Made by a program: the position numbers and the translations under genes
Shown here: one piece after another, positions 12,102 through 25,300 of the stretch
Position numbering within the stretch: position 1 is the first letter of the stretch
Layout: every line of letters begins with the position of its first letter
Notes under the pieces: generated by a model
What the model was told of the DNA's origin: nothing
Seen by the model: only the letters and a program-made list of their open reading frames with translations
The model's database searches: none
Assembly (NCBI GenBank): GCA_002269645.1
Contig: NIVC01001193.1
Span: 1 to 64,000 of the forward strand
Reading direction: 5' to 3'
Length of the DNA: 64,000 nt
From: Macrostomum lignano
Lineage: Eukaryota

Positions 12102-12746
12102 ATGTATGGACGTGTTTTACTTCCTGACAAAACATTAGAGGCCCGACATGCATATAACTACGCACACAATAATATAATGATTCTATTAAAACACTATCAA
12201 ACCACAGAGCAGGCCCGCCTGAAATATCTGAGCGGGCCGCAGAACCTGGTGATTCCCTGCGCCGTCCGGCCCAGCCGGGGCGCCGTCTCGCACCAGTGGC
12301 GCGGCCCCGGCTTCTACCAGTCGGAGACTCACCGGTTCACCGATCCGCCTCAGGTGACGCGCGATCCGGTCGGCCAGGGCCTCGACAAGACGGCCGCCGT
12401 GTCTGGCTGGCCAAGCGCAGCCTCGTCAACGACTGGCGTTGGCTGCCACGCGGCCGAGCACGCACCGGCGCCGTACGCGGAGCGCTGGCACGGCCGGCCC
12501 GTGTTCTTCTCAGCCGAGCACCAGACGCTCAGCAACGAGCACCCGGCCGGGCCTGTGGCGCCAGACGCACGCCTGTTTTATAACGAAGACGACTGGGAGA
12601 AGTACAAGTACATGCTGAATAGTCGAGATATTCAACGGGTCGAAGCCAAAGCTGAGGAGGCGCCCGCAGCCGAGCCAGGTGCCGCCGCAGGCGAGCAGCG
12701 CAACCGGAATCCCAACAAGCCCAAGGAGCGAGTCTGGTACTTCTGA
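12102..12746 (+). CDS. Single-exon 214-aa protein of unknown function
   Basis: Long ORF, GC-rich from about 12210, complex (non-repeat) sequence, AATAAA near 12903. The start could be the later ATG near 12177. Confidence 0.7.
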   Translation: MYGRVLLPDKTLEARHAYNYAHNNIMILLKHYQTTEQARLKYLSGPQNLVIPCAVRPSRGAVSHQWRGPGFYQSETHRFTDPPQVTRDPVGQGLDKTAAVSGWPSAASSTTGVGCHAAEHAPAPYAERWHGRPVFFSAEHQTLSNEHPAGPVAPDARLFYNEDDWEKYKYMLNSRDIQRVEAKAEEAPAAEPGAAAGEQRNRNPNKPKERVWYF

Positions 12747-13034
12747 ACCCGCGGCGATGCTGCTCGCATCTCCCTCCTAAACTGGACTCACAAATAGTTC
12801 TATGCGCTTCAACTCGCTGGCTAAAATGATTTCTATTTCACTCCCCATAAACAAGTCGATATTCCCCTATATGAACAAAGCCCCCCACTAGGATCTGTGT
12901 AAAATAAAGCAGAATCCCAATCGGCTCAGCTCTCCTGTGCGGCTAAAGATGCAGTTTTAAATTGCATTGGCTTGTAATATCTTTGGGTGCTTATACACTC
13001 GTAATTTGAGTATTCTGACACCTGCGCTCAAAGT

Positions 13035-13745
13035 TTAGTGACACCCTGACACCCCATATTTAGCGAACCTCTGACACCAATTTAGGCAACCCTTTGACAC
13101 CCATTGAGACAACCCTCTGAAACCCATTTAGGCAACCAGCTGACACCAATTTAGGCAGCCCTCTGACACCCATTGAGGTAACCCTCTGACACCCATTTAG
13201 GTAACCCTCTGACACCCATTTAGGCAGCCCTCTGACACCCATCTACGCGACCCTCTGACACCCAGTTAGGCAACCCTCTGACACCCATTTAGGTAACCCT
13301 CTGACACCCATTTAGGCAGCCCTCTGACACCCATCTACGCGACCCTCTGACACCCAGTTAGGCAACCCTCTGACACTCATTTAGGCATCCCTCTGACACC
13401 CATCTACGCGACCCTCTGACACTCATTTAGGCATCCCTCTGACACCCATCTACGCGACCCTCTGACACTCATTTAGGCATCCCTCTGACACCAATCTACG
13501 CGACCCTCTGACACTCATTTAGGCATCCCTCTGACACCCATCTACGCGACCCTCTGACACTCATTTAGGCATCCCTCTGGCACCCATCTACGCGACCCTC
13601 TGACACTCATTTAGGCATCCCTCTGACACCCATCTACGCGACCCTCTGACACTCCCCTACTTGGCAATCCCTGACACCCCCTATTTAACGACCCCGACAC
13701 CCTCCTATTTAGCGACCCCCTGACACCCCCTATTTAGCGACCCCT
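13035..13745. repeat. About 21-bp minisatellite (ctctgacacccatttaggcaac and variants)
   Basis: Two alternating variants form a dimeric unit in the distal half. Confidence 0.9.
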
Positions 13746-14608
13746 TGACTCAAGCGCTACCTCACTCAAAAACAACTATCCTCATTGACTGCTCCAAATG
13801 TGAGCTGAGCTCCGAGTCCAGTTCCAATTCAGTAGGAAAATAACAAAGCCAGACCAACTAACAGCTGTCAGATATTTTAATCCAGCATTTTGCGCTGCTA
13901 TTTTAACGGTTTCATCACACAGTACCGTAGGTAGACTATATAATTTAGAAAAAATGCCAAAGTATGGTATATGAGGACAGATAAACATTATAGACAAATT
14001 TAATTGTTTAAGATGCAAGAGCTGATTTTATGCCCAAACGAATGCTTCAGGAGATTTGTTGCATAATTAAAGAACACTCAGTCAGGTTTGCATAGTATAA
14101 ACAAGCAACAATTAATAATTAATGTGCAGGCCAACGGAAACTCGGAACACACAGGACAAAACTCGTGAAAGAGAAAAATGATAGGAGAGATTTCTTATGG
14201 ATTAAAGTAAAAAAAATATTGATACAAAAACAAGCGACTCTTGATGGCGCCACAGGAGTAAACGTGAAGGCTTTAATTCGATATTGAAAACATGCAAGGA
14301 CAATTGATATGAGAAACAAAAATTCGAATCAAAAAAAGGCTGGAAGGAGACGCACGAGAGTTGCCAATAGTATGGTGTAGGCTGTAGACCACAGATACCA
14401 GAATAACTAAATGGGCCACTCAGTACATTTGCGTGTAAGCTACTCTCAGTTCAGTAGTAAGTTAAACTGAAGCATTTTAATGTATTTTAAAGACAAAAAT
14501 ACTTTTTTATTGGCTCTTACCCACCCCAAGCTTAAACCCTCAAACTCCACACAGAACCTTATCTCGGCCACGCCACCCAATTTTTATTGCCTTCCTCGGT
14601 TCTTCCAG

Positions 14609-14934
14609 CCAAGGATGATAATATAACAACTGGATTGTCAGACCCGAAAATCCCCTCCTTCATTCTCATTGGCTAGAGGGTTTCAAATACGCTAGGAAGA
14701 TATAGAACAACCTTGCAAACACCCCTACAGTTATCTCTCTAACCACCACGGCCCGCGAGCCCTCCCGTCCTTAGCTAGTTTTCTAACCACCAGGAAATGT
14801 TTTTACATAGGTCGGTATAGCAAGTGAGCTAAAAATAGCAGCCAATGAGCAGGAAGCAGGGGTTTCATTTTAGGCATATTCAACCCTTTTAGGCGGAGTA
14901 GTTTGACAATCCAGTTGTTATATATCATCCTTGG
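14609..14934. mobile_element. MITE / non-autonomous DNA transposon, 326 bp
   Basis: TIRs CCAAGGATGATA(A)TATAACAACTGGATTGTCA at 14609-14640 and 14904-14934 (31 matches, one indel). Direct repeat TTCCAG on both sides (14603-14608, 14935-14940). Inner inverted pair CTCATTGGCT/AGCCAATGAG. Confidence 0.9.
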
Positions 14935-16062
14935 TTCCAGACTAAATTTGCCATGTACATTTCAGTGGGCTAATGTACATTATAGCTGAACCAATTAGCA
15001 AGTTGTTTACGCCTGCAATCTTGGGCTTTCTAAACTTATCAAAGTCATCTCAGCTGCATTTATTCTTATAAAATAGCTTATGTATTCTTCTTTGCTACTG
15101 AGCTGAAAGTAGAAAGCTGTTTTACTAAGTATATATGCCGGAGTGGCCCATCTAGACATCCTACTATCTGTAGGGTAGACAGGGTTCACAATGGCCCCGG
15201 ACTCTCAGCGTCGGACCAAACAGCCTGCATAAAAGTTCAATACTTTCTTGTGCGTTGACTTTTCAACAGTAAAAATAAAAATATAGACGGAGACAGAATC
15301 AAAACGAGGAAAGGGATCTATCAAAATTTGAGTATTAATTCACGGTTATTTTTTTATAAAACTGAAAACATAACTAGCTAACAGAAGAAAAAAACAAACT
15401 CAAAACCTCATTTGCTTGACTCTACTCGACGAATTCCGACAAGAAAACGCCTATCGCACTACCGATAGTAACTGAGCTAGAAAATGAGGACAAAACTGAC
15501 AGATTTATGGGAATTTTTTGTGCGTTTGAGTAGCAAAAATATTCATATAATAATAATGATATTAATAATTTAATATCTCTGATCGAGACTTGCAGAATAC
15601 GCTGGTTAGTTGAAATGCAGCACTCAGACAGACGGGGGGGTCGCACAGTTAAGAGAAGAGAATATGAGAATAAAAACTGCAATAACAAAAGAAACCTATT
15701 TCTATTTACAAAAAATCTATCTATTTACAGGTAGCGGCCAAACTGCAATAAGAAAATTATAATAAAAAAATTAGTAAAATATGTGTTTGAAACTGAGCTC
15801 GAGAATTTAAATTGCCGCACAATAATCCAGGCAGCAGAAATTTCAAATATTCCCAAAAAATTCGATGTAAATTTTGTGTACACAAATATCTCAAATCTCA
15901 ATTGACTTAGTTGGATCTGAAGTTTTCTAAAACTTTAGACAATCACAGATGACAAGCGGTTAAGTTGGACTTTTTAATGAACAATTCTATGAAATTATAC
16001 TTCGGAGCAGAGCTTGTGTAGCTCGTAATTCGAACGGAGTCTTGACGAGCATGAAGCTCAGT

Positions 16063-16180
16063 CTTAGGGTAGGGTTAAAGCTAGGGTAAGGGGTAGGGTA
16101 GGGTAGGGTAGGATAGGGTAGGGTAGGGTAGGGTAGGGTAGAGTAGAGTTAGGGTAGGGTAGGGTTAGGGTTAGGGTGGG
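16063..16180 (+). repeat. Telomere-like (TAGGG/TTAGGG)n tract
   Basis: tagggtagggtagg...ttagggttagggt. Confidence 0.8.
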
Positions 16181-16355
16181 TCAGGACAGGTAAGTCAGCG
16201 GGTCAGTGAGTCGGCGGGACACGTTAGTGGGTCAGGACAGGCAGGTCAGTGGGTCAGTGAGTCGGTGGGTCAAGTTGGTGGGTCAGGACAGGCAGGTCAG
16301 CGGGTCAGTGAGTCGGTGGGTCAAGTTGGTGGGTCAGGACAGGCAGGTCAGCGGG

Positions 16356-19300
16356 TCAGTGAGTCAGTGGGTCCCCGTCAGCCAGGCGATGCAGCCGGCG
16401 GTTGCGCAACACGGTAGCGTAGAGACCCTCGTTTGAACTGCCTGACGCCGCCTGACAACCGCCTAGCAACGGTTCAGGTAGCGGCGGAGGCGGAGGCTGC
16501 GCAGAGTTGGGCGGCAGAGGCGCAGGATCCTCTGTCTGAGCGGAGGCGGACACGGTGGCTGCGGGCGCGGCTTGCGGCTTGGCGGAGGCTGAGGAGGTCG
16601 CTCCAGCCGCCGAGGCTGGACGAAGCGGCCTGGCAAGTCTAGAGCGCACGGGAGAGTGACAGCGAGTGTGACAGACATGATAGCGCATAATAAAATGGAT
16701 TGGATAATGACAGGTGATGGTAAAACGGGTCTAGGGTAGTGATAGGCGTGTATTAATAGGTTTAGAGTGAAAGTCAAGTGAGAATGATAAGTTAGAGAGA
16801 CAGACTAAAGAGTGACAGACAAAACAGACTGCTAGAGAGTGACAGATTCCGTGTGACAGACGGAAGAGACTGCTAGAGAGTGACAGATTCCGTGTGACAG
16901 ACGGAAGAGACTGCTAGAGAGTGACAGATTCCGATATAAAGACGGAAGAGACTGCTAGAGAGTGACAGATTCCGTGTGACAGACGGAAGAGACTGCTAGA
17001 GAGTGACAGATTCCGATATAAAGACGGAAGAGACTGCTAGAGAGTGACAGATTCCGATATAAAGACGGAAGAGACTGCTAGAGAGTGACAGATTCCGTGT
17101 GACAGACGGAAGAGACTGCTAGAGAGTGACAGATTCCGTGTAACAGACGGAAGAGACTGCTAGAGAGTGACAGATTCCGTGTAACAGACGGAAGAGACTG
17201 CTAGAGAGTGACAGATTCCGTGTAACAGACGGAAGAGACTGCTAGAGAGTGACAAATTCCGTGTGACAGACGGAAGAGACTGCTAGAGAGTGACAGATTC
17301 CGTGTAACAGACGGAAGAGACTGCTAGAGAGTGACAGATTCCGTGTAACAGACGGAAGAGACTGCTAGAGAGTGACAGATTCCGTGTGACAGACGGAAGA
17401 GACTGCTAGAGAGTGACAGATTCCGTGTGACAGACGGAAGAGACTGCTAGAGAGTGACAGATTCCGTGTGACAGACGGAAGAGACTGCTAGAGAGTGACA
17501 GATTCCGTGTGACAGACGGAAGAGACTGCTAGAGAATGACAGATTCCGATATAAAGACGGAAGAGACTGCTAGAGAGTGACAGATTCCGTGTGACAGACG
17601 GAAGAGACTGCTAGAGAGTTACAGATTCCGTGTAACAGACGGAAGAGACTGCTAGAGAGTGACAGATTCCGTGTAACAGACGGAAGAGACTGCTAGAGAG
17701 TGACAGATTCCGTGTAACAGACGGAAGAGACTGCTAGAGAGTGACAGATTCCGATATAAAGACGGAAGAGACTGCTAGAGAGTGACAGATTCCGTGTGAC
17801 AGACGGAAGAGACTGCTAGAGAGTGACAGATTCCGATTTAAAGACGGAAGAGACTGCTAGAGAGTGACAGATTCCGTGTGACAGACGGAAGAGACTGCTA
17901 GAGAGTGACAGATTCCGTGTAACAGACGGAAGAGACTGCTAGAGAGTGACAGATTCCGTGTAACAGACGGAAGAGACTGCTAGAGAGTGACAGATTCCGT
18001 GTAACAGACGGAAGAGACTGCTAGAGAGTGACAGATTCCGTGTGACAGACGGAAGAGACTGCTAGAGAGTGACAGATTCCGTGTGACAGACGGAAGAGAC
18101 TGCTAGAGAGTGACAGATTCCGTGTGACAGACGGAAGAGACTGCTAGAGAATGACAGATTCCGATATAAAGACGGAAGAGACTGCTAGAGAGTGACAGAT
18201 TCCGATATAAAGACGGAAGAGACTGCTAGAGAGTGACAGATTCCGTGTGACAGACGGAAGAGACTGCTAGAGAGTGACAGATTCCGTGTAACAGACGGAA
18301 GAGACTGCTAGAGAGTGACAGATTCCGTGTAACAGACGGAAGAGACTGCTAGAGAGTGACAGATTCCGTGTAACAGACGGAAGAGACTGCTAGAGAGTGA
18401 CAGATTCCGTGTGACAGACGGAAGAGACTGCTAGAGAGTGACAGATTCCGTGTGACAGACGGAAGAGACTGCTAGAGAGTGACAGATTCCGTGTGACAGA
18501 CGGAAGAGACTGCTAGAGAATGACAGATTCCGATATAAAGACGGAAGAGACTGCTAGAGAGTGACAGATTCCGATATAAAGACGGAAGAGACTGCTAGAG
18601 AGTGACAGATTCCGTGTGACAGACGGAAGAGACTGCTAGAGAGTGACAGATTCCGTGTAACAGACGGAAGAGACTGCTAGAGAGTGACAGATTCCGTGTA
18701 ACAGACGGAAGAGACTGCTAGAGAGTGACAGATTCCGTGTAACAGACGGAAGAGACTGCTAGAGAGTGACAGATTCCGTGTGACAGACGGAAGAGACTGC
18801 TAGAGAGTGACAGATTCCGTGTGACAGACGGAAGAGACTGCTAGAGAGTGACAGATTCCGTGTGACAGACGGAAGAGACTGCTAGAGAATGACAGATTCC
18901 GATATAAAGACGGAAGAGACTGCTAGAGAGTGACAGATTCCGATATAAAGACGGAAGAGACTGCTAGAGAGTGACAGATTCCGTGTGACAGACGGAAGAG
19001 ACTGCTAGAGAGTGACAGATTCCGTGTAACAGACGGAAGAGACTGCTAGAGAGTGACAGATTCCGTGTAACAGACGGAAGAGACTGCTAGAGAGTGACAG
19101 ATTCCGTGTAACAGACGGAAGAGACTGCTAGAGAGTGACAGATTCCGTGTGACAGACGGAAGAGACTGCTAGAGAGTGACAGATTCCGTGTGACAGACGG
19201 AAGAGACTGCTAGAGAGTGACAGATTCCGTGTGACAGACGGAAGAGACTGCTAGAGAATGACAGATTCCGATATACATGTAAAGACGGAAGAGACTGCTA

Positions 19301-22300
19301 GAGAGTGACAGATTCCGATATAAAGACGGAAGAGACTGCTAGAGAGTGACAGATTCCGTGTGACAGACAGATATTTAGAAGGAATCAATAATAGATAATT
19401 TAGAGTGAAAGACAACACAGTTACACTGTGAGAAGTGTCAGAGAAGTGAGGGTGAAATGAAACTAGCATTAACAAATATTACTGATAAGTCGGTGGGTCT
19501 GTCATGTGCACCGCACTCTACAGGGCACACACAAAGATACTGGCAATTGGAAATTAATATCTAAAAAATGTAGTCATTGTTAAGTGCAACATAATTCAAT
19601 ATTGGGCAGATAAAAACACTATTCCAAGTTGACGCATAGGGAGGGGCACAGCAACAGTTTAACATGTACCTGAGCCTCTGACTAAAAGATCTGAAGCAGT
19701 AGTCAATGAGAGAAATTTGACAAGAGACAGGTCTGCTGTCATCTCAGGCTAACTAATTAGACTTGAAATTGAACAAAATTTTAACACATAATAATTACTA
19801 ATGTAAATGTAGAAATTTTAGATGATTATTCGCAGAAAATGTCCAAACTCTATGCTTATTGCAGTGATCAGACAGGCGAGTGACCGATGGAGTGATCAGA
19901 CAGGCGAGTGACCGATGGAGCGATCAGACAGGCGAGTGACTAGTGGAGTGATGAGACAGGTGAGTGACCGATGGAGTGATCAGACAGGTGAGTGACTGGT
20001 GGAGTGATCAGACAGGTGAGTGACCGATGGAGTGATCAGACAGGCGAGTGACCGATGGAGTGATCAGACAGGTGAGTGACCGATGGAGTGATCAGACAGG
20101 TGAGTGACTGGTGGAGTGATCAGACAGGTGAGTGACCGATGGAGTGATCAGACAGGCGAGTGACCGATGGAGTGATCAGACAGGTGAGTGACCGATGGAG
20201 TGATCAGACAGGTGAGTGACCGGTGGAGTGATCAGACAGGTGAGTGACCGATGGAGTGATCAGACAGGTGAGTGACCGGTGGAGTGATCAGACAGGTGAG
20301 TGACCGGTGGAGTGATCAGACAGGTGAGTGACCGGTGGAGTGATCAGACAGGTGAGTGACCGATGGAGTGATCAGACAGGTGAGTGACCGATGGAGTGAT
20401 CAGACAGGTGAGTGACCGGTGGAGTGATCAGACAGGTGAGTGACCGATGGAGTGATCAGACAGGTGAGTGACCGGTGGAGTGATCAGACAGGTGAGTGAC
20501 CGGTGGAGTGATCAGACAGGTGAGTGACCGATGGAGTGATCAGACAGGTGAGTGCCTGATAAAGTCTTGTATCGCTGAAATCAGGAGATAGAATACCTGA
20601 ACAGGCCGCGAAGGAAGCCGCGGCTCTTGGCCTGGTCTCCGCTAGCGGAGGCCTGCTGCTGCTGAGGCAGCCGGCCACGCCACCAGTGTCCGCCTCCGCC
20701 GCCTCGGCCGCCGTTTCCGCCGCTCCCTGTGCCAGTCGTTCTCGGCGTCGTAGGCGAATTAGACGAAGTCACAGCGGCGGCAGAGGCGACGGCGGAGCTG
20801 CCAGCGGGCAGGGTGGCGGTCTCGTAGGCGTCAGCAGGTGCGCCGCCGACGACGCTGGAAGCTGGCGACGAAGCCTGACTGCGGCTGGCCACGCTTTGCG
20901 GCCTTCGCCTCGGCGGCAGCAGCGGCACTGAGTCTGTGCTCACCGCCCTGCGCAGAGTGTTGCTCTGCTGCTGCTGCTGCTGGTCTGTTGTTCGAGTTTG
21001 TCGAATCACTGGCGTGTGACCGGAACTGGGGGCTCGGCCTACAAATGGGAGAAGCATTGCTTGCTTGGGTTTGTTAGTAAGAAATACCTGTTCTAGCCAC
21101 CTGTCTGTCTAGCTGGTGTCCAGTGACCAGTGACAACAAGTGAGACTCATACCTGTTCTAGCCACCTGTCTGTCTAACAGGTGTTCAGTGACCAGTGACA
21201 ACAGGTGAGACTCCTACCTGTTCTAGCCACCTGTCTGTCTAACAGGTGTTCAGTGACCAGTGACAACAAGTGAGACTCATACCTGTTCTAGCCACCTGTC
21301 TGTCTAACAGGTGTTCAGTGACCAGTGACAACAGGTGAGACTCCTACCTGTTCTAGCCACCTGTCTGTCTAACAGGTGTTCAGTGACCAGTGACAACAAG
21401 TGAGACTCATACCTGTTCTAGCCACCTGTCTGTCTAAAAGGTGTTCAGTGACCAGTGACAACAGGTGAGCCTCCTACCTGTTCTAGCCACCTGTCTGTCT
21501 AACAGGTGTTCAGTGACCAGTGACAACAGGTGAGACTCCTACCTGTTCTAGCCACCTGTCTGTCTAACAGGTGTTCAGTGACCAGTGACAACAGGTGAGA
21601 CTCCTACCTGTTCTAGCTACCTGTCTGTCTAACAGGTGTTCAGTGACCAGTGCCAACAGGTGAGACTCCTTCCTGTTCTAGCTACCTGTGAGTCTGTCTA
21701 TCAGGTGTCCAGTCTGTCTAACCTGTCTGTCTAACAGGTGTTCAGTGACCAGTGCCAACAGGTGAGACTCCTTCCTGTTCTAGCTACCTGTGAGTCTGTC
21801 TATCAGGTGTCCAGTCTGTCTAACCTGTCTGTCTAACAGGTGTCCAGTGACCAGTGACAACAGGTGAGACTCCTACCTGTTCTAGCCACCTGTCTGTCTA
21901 ACAGGTGTTCAGTGACCAGTGCCAACAGGTGAGACTCCTACCTGTTCTAGCCACCTGTCTGTCTAACAGGTGTTCAGTGACCAGTGCCAACAGGTGAGAC
22001 TCCTACCTGTTCTAGCCACCTGTCTGTCTAACAGGTGTTCAGTGACCAGTGACAACAGGTGAGCCTCCTACCTGTTCTAGCTACCTGTGAGTCTGTCTAT
22101 CAGGTGTCCAGTCTGTCTAACCTGTCTGTCTAACAGGTGTTCAGTGACCAGTGACAACAGGTGAGCCTCCTACCTGTTCTAGCCACCTGTCTGTCTAAGA
22201 GGTGTTCAGTGACCAGTGACAACAGGTGAGCCTCCTACCTGTTCTAGCCACCTGTCTGTCTAACAGGTGTTCAGTGACCAGTGACAACAGGTGAGCCTCC

Positions 22301-25300
22301 TACCTGTTCTAGCCACCTGTCTGTCTAGCTGGTGTCCGACCAGTGCCAACAGGTGAAACTCCTTCCTGTTCTAACTACGGTTCTGTCTATTAATAAATAA
22401 ACTGCAGCATGGCCCTTGAAAGCTATTTTTAGCTTAGGAACATGCCAGAATCTTCCTATGTGTCGGGAATTGGCTAGATTAACAACACACAAGAGCTCTT
22501 AGAGTCCCAATAGCTACTATTATTTTGGATAAGCTCAGCGGGGGCGCACACCGCACTCGGGCATTCGGTCTGGCAGGGCGCAATAAAACTGATTGGTAGT
22601 TATTATAATATAATTTCAATAATCATTGGCACAGTCATAACCGCGCATGGCTTAGAAAGTGATGAAGAGGATAGAAATTGTGAAGTTATTGGATGCTGTC
22701 TGGGATGAGAGGAAAGTTTGTGGTGGTGGCGAGGGATATCTGAGAGCTCTGGGGGAATTAATTTCCCATTTGCCAGGTAAAGCGCAAATCAAAGAGATGA
22801 ACTCAGTAGCTCGTTGAAAATAGGAGAAAATAGAGATGAGATGAGATGACGTGGGGTTAGATAAAAAGAGAAAAAGTACTACGAGAAAAGGTACAAGACG
22901 AGACGATATCCGATATCAGATAGATGATATGCGGTAAGATATATAGTGGAATGGGCGACTCTCACATCCCCGCTGTGTTTACGAACCACGCTGCAGCAAT
23001 AGGAGATAAAATGAATAGCTAGATAAGATGGGATGAAATACGAGACTAGATTAGATAGGATGAGATACGAGACTAGATTAGATGGGATGAGATACGAGAC
23101 TAGATTAGATGGGATGAAATACGAGACTAGATTAGATAGGATGAGATACGAGACTAGATTAGATGGGATGAGATACGAGACTAGATTAGATGGGATGAAA
23201 TACGAGACTAGATTAGATTAGATGAGAAGAGATACACGAGATACAAGAAAAGACTAGATGGTATGAGATGCGAGACTAGATTAGATGGTATGAGATACGA
23301 GATTAGATTAGAAGGTATGAGATACGAGATTAGATTAGATAAGTTGAGATATGAGATTAGATTAGATTGGATAAGATACGAGACTAGACTAGATGGTATA
23401 AGATACGAGACGAGACTAGATGGTATAAGATACGAGACTAGACTAGATGGTATAAGATACGAGACTAGACTAGATGGTATAAGATACGAGACTAGACTAG
23501 ATGGTATAAGATACGAGACTAGACTAGATGGTATAAGATACGAGACTAGACTAGATGGTATAAGATACGAGACTAGACTAGATGGTATAAGATACGAGAC
23601 TAGACTAGATGGTATAAGATACGAGACTAGACTAGATGGTATAAGATACGAGACTAGACTAGATGGTATAAGATACGAGACTAGACTAGATGGTATAAGA
23701 TACGAGACTAGACTAGATGGTATAAGATACGAGACTAGACTAGATGGTATAAGATACGAGACTAGACTAGATGGTATAAGATACGAGACTTGACTAGATG
23801 GTATAAGATACGAGACTAGACTAGATGGTATAAGATACGAGACTAGACTAGATGGTATAAGATACGAGACTAGACTAGATGGTATAAGATACGAGACTAG
23901 ACTAGATGGTATAAGATACGAGATTAGATTAGATAAGTTGAGATACGAGACTAGACTAGATGGGATGAAATACGAGGCTGGATTAGATGGGATGAGATGA
24001 TTTACGAGATTAGATTAGATGGTATGGGATATGAGATTAGATTAGGTAGGATGAGATACGAGACTAGATCAGATAGGATAAGATAAGGGATGAGATTAGA
24101 TTAGATGTTATGAGATACGAGATTAGATGAGATTAGATATGTGGTGATACAGAGACAAGATAATCAAGAGAGATTAAGTGACAGGTCCAGCTCATGCAAA
24201 CGGAGTCGCCAAAAGATCAGCCATCCTCACCGCTTAGGTCGTTCATTGACTTCTTGAGCTGCAGCTCCTGATAGAAGGTCAGCTGCCTGGGGTCAACGAA
24301 GCCGCCGCAGGCTCCGGTTTTTTTCTCGCTCATTGACCGGCGGCCGAGGCTGTCGCGGACGAACGGAGACGGACCGAACTCCGAGTCTCTGAGAGGTAGG
24401 TTAGTTATATGAGCAATACGAATGTACGGGGACAACTGACTTTAATTAATAATTAGTTGGTAGGGGAAATAAACAGTAAGAGATGAGAAAGAAATTCAGA
24501 CAGATGGTAACGACAGGAAGAGAAAGAGATGCAGAGAGGTAGAGAGAAAGACGCAGAGAGGTAGGGAGAGAGACGCAGAGAGGTAGGGAGAGAGACGCAG
24601 AGAGGTAGAGAGAGAGACGCAGAGAGGTAGAGAGAGAGACGCAGAGAGGTAGGGAGAGAGACGCAGAGAGGTAGGGAGAGAGACGCAGAGAGGTAGGGAG
24701 AAAGACGCAGAGAGGTAGGGAGAGAGACGCAGAGAGGTAGGGAGAGAGACGCAGAGAGGTAGGGAGAAAGACGCAGAGAGGTAGGGAGAGAGACGCAGAG
24801 AGGTAGAGAGAAAGACGCAGAGAGGTAGAGAGAAAGACGCAGAGAGGTAGGGAGAGAGACGCAGAGAGGTAGAGAGAAAGACGCAGAGAGGTAGGGAGAG
24901 AGACGCAGAGAGGTAGGGAGAAAGACGCAGAGAGGTAGGGAGAGAGACGCAGAGAGGTAGAGAGAGAGACGCAGAGAGGTAGAGAGAGAGACGCAGAGAG
25001 GTAGGGAGAGAGACGCAGAGAGGTAGGGAGAGAGACGCAGAGAGGTAGGGAGAAAGACGCAGAGAGGTAGGGAGAGAGACGCAGAGAGGTAGGGAGAGAG
25101 ACGCAGAGAGGTAGGGAGAAAGACGCAGAGAGGTAGGGAGAGAGACGCAGAGAGGTAGAGAGAAAGACGCAGAGAGGTAGGGAGAGAGACGCAGAGAGGT
25201 AGGGAGAAAGACGCAGAGAGGTAGGGAGAGAGACGCAGAGAGGTAGAGAGAGAGACGCAGAGAGGTAGAGAGAGAGACGCAGAGAGGTAGGGAGAGAGAC

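Noticed and set aside
16825-19370. CRISPR-like regular repeat (also 29120-31362)
   Set aside because: No unique spacers, no cas genes, and a eukaryotic intronic context.
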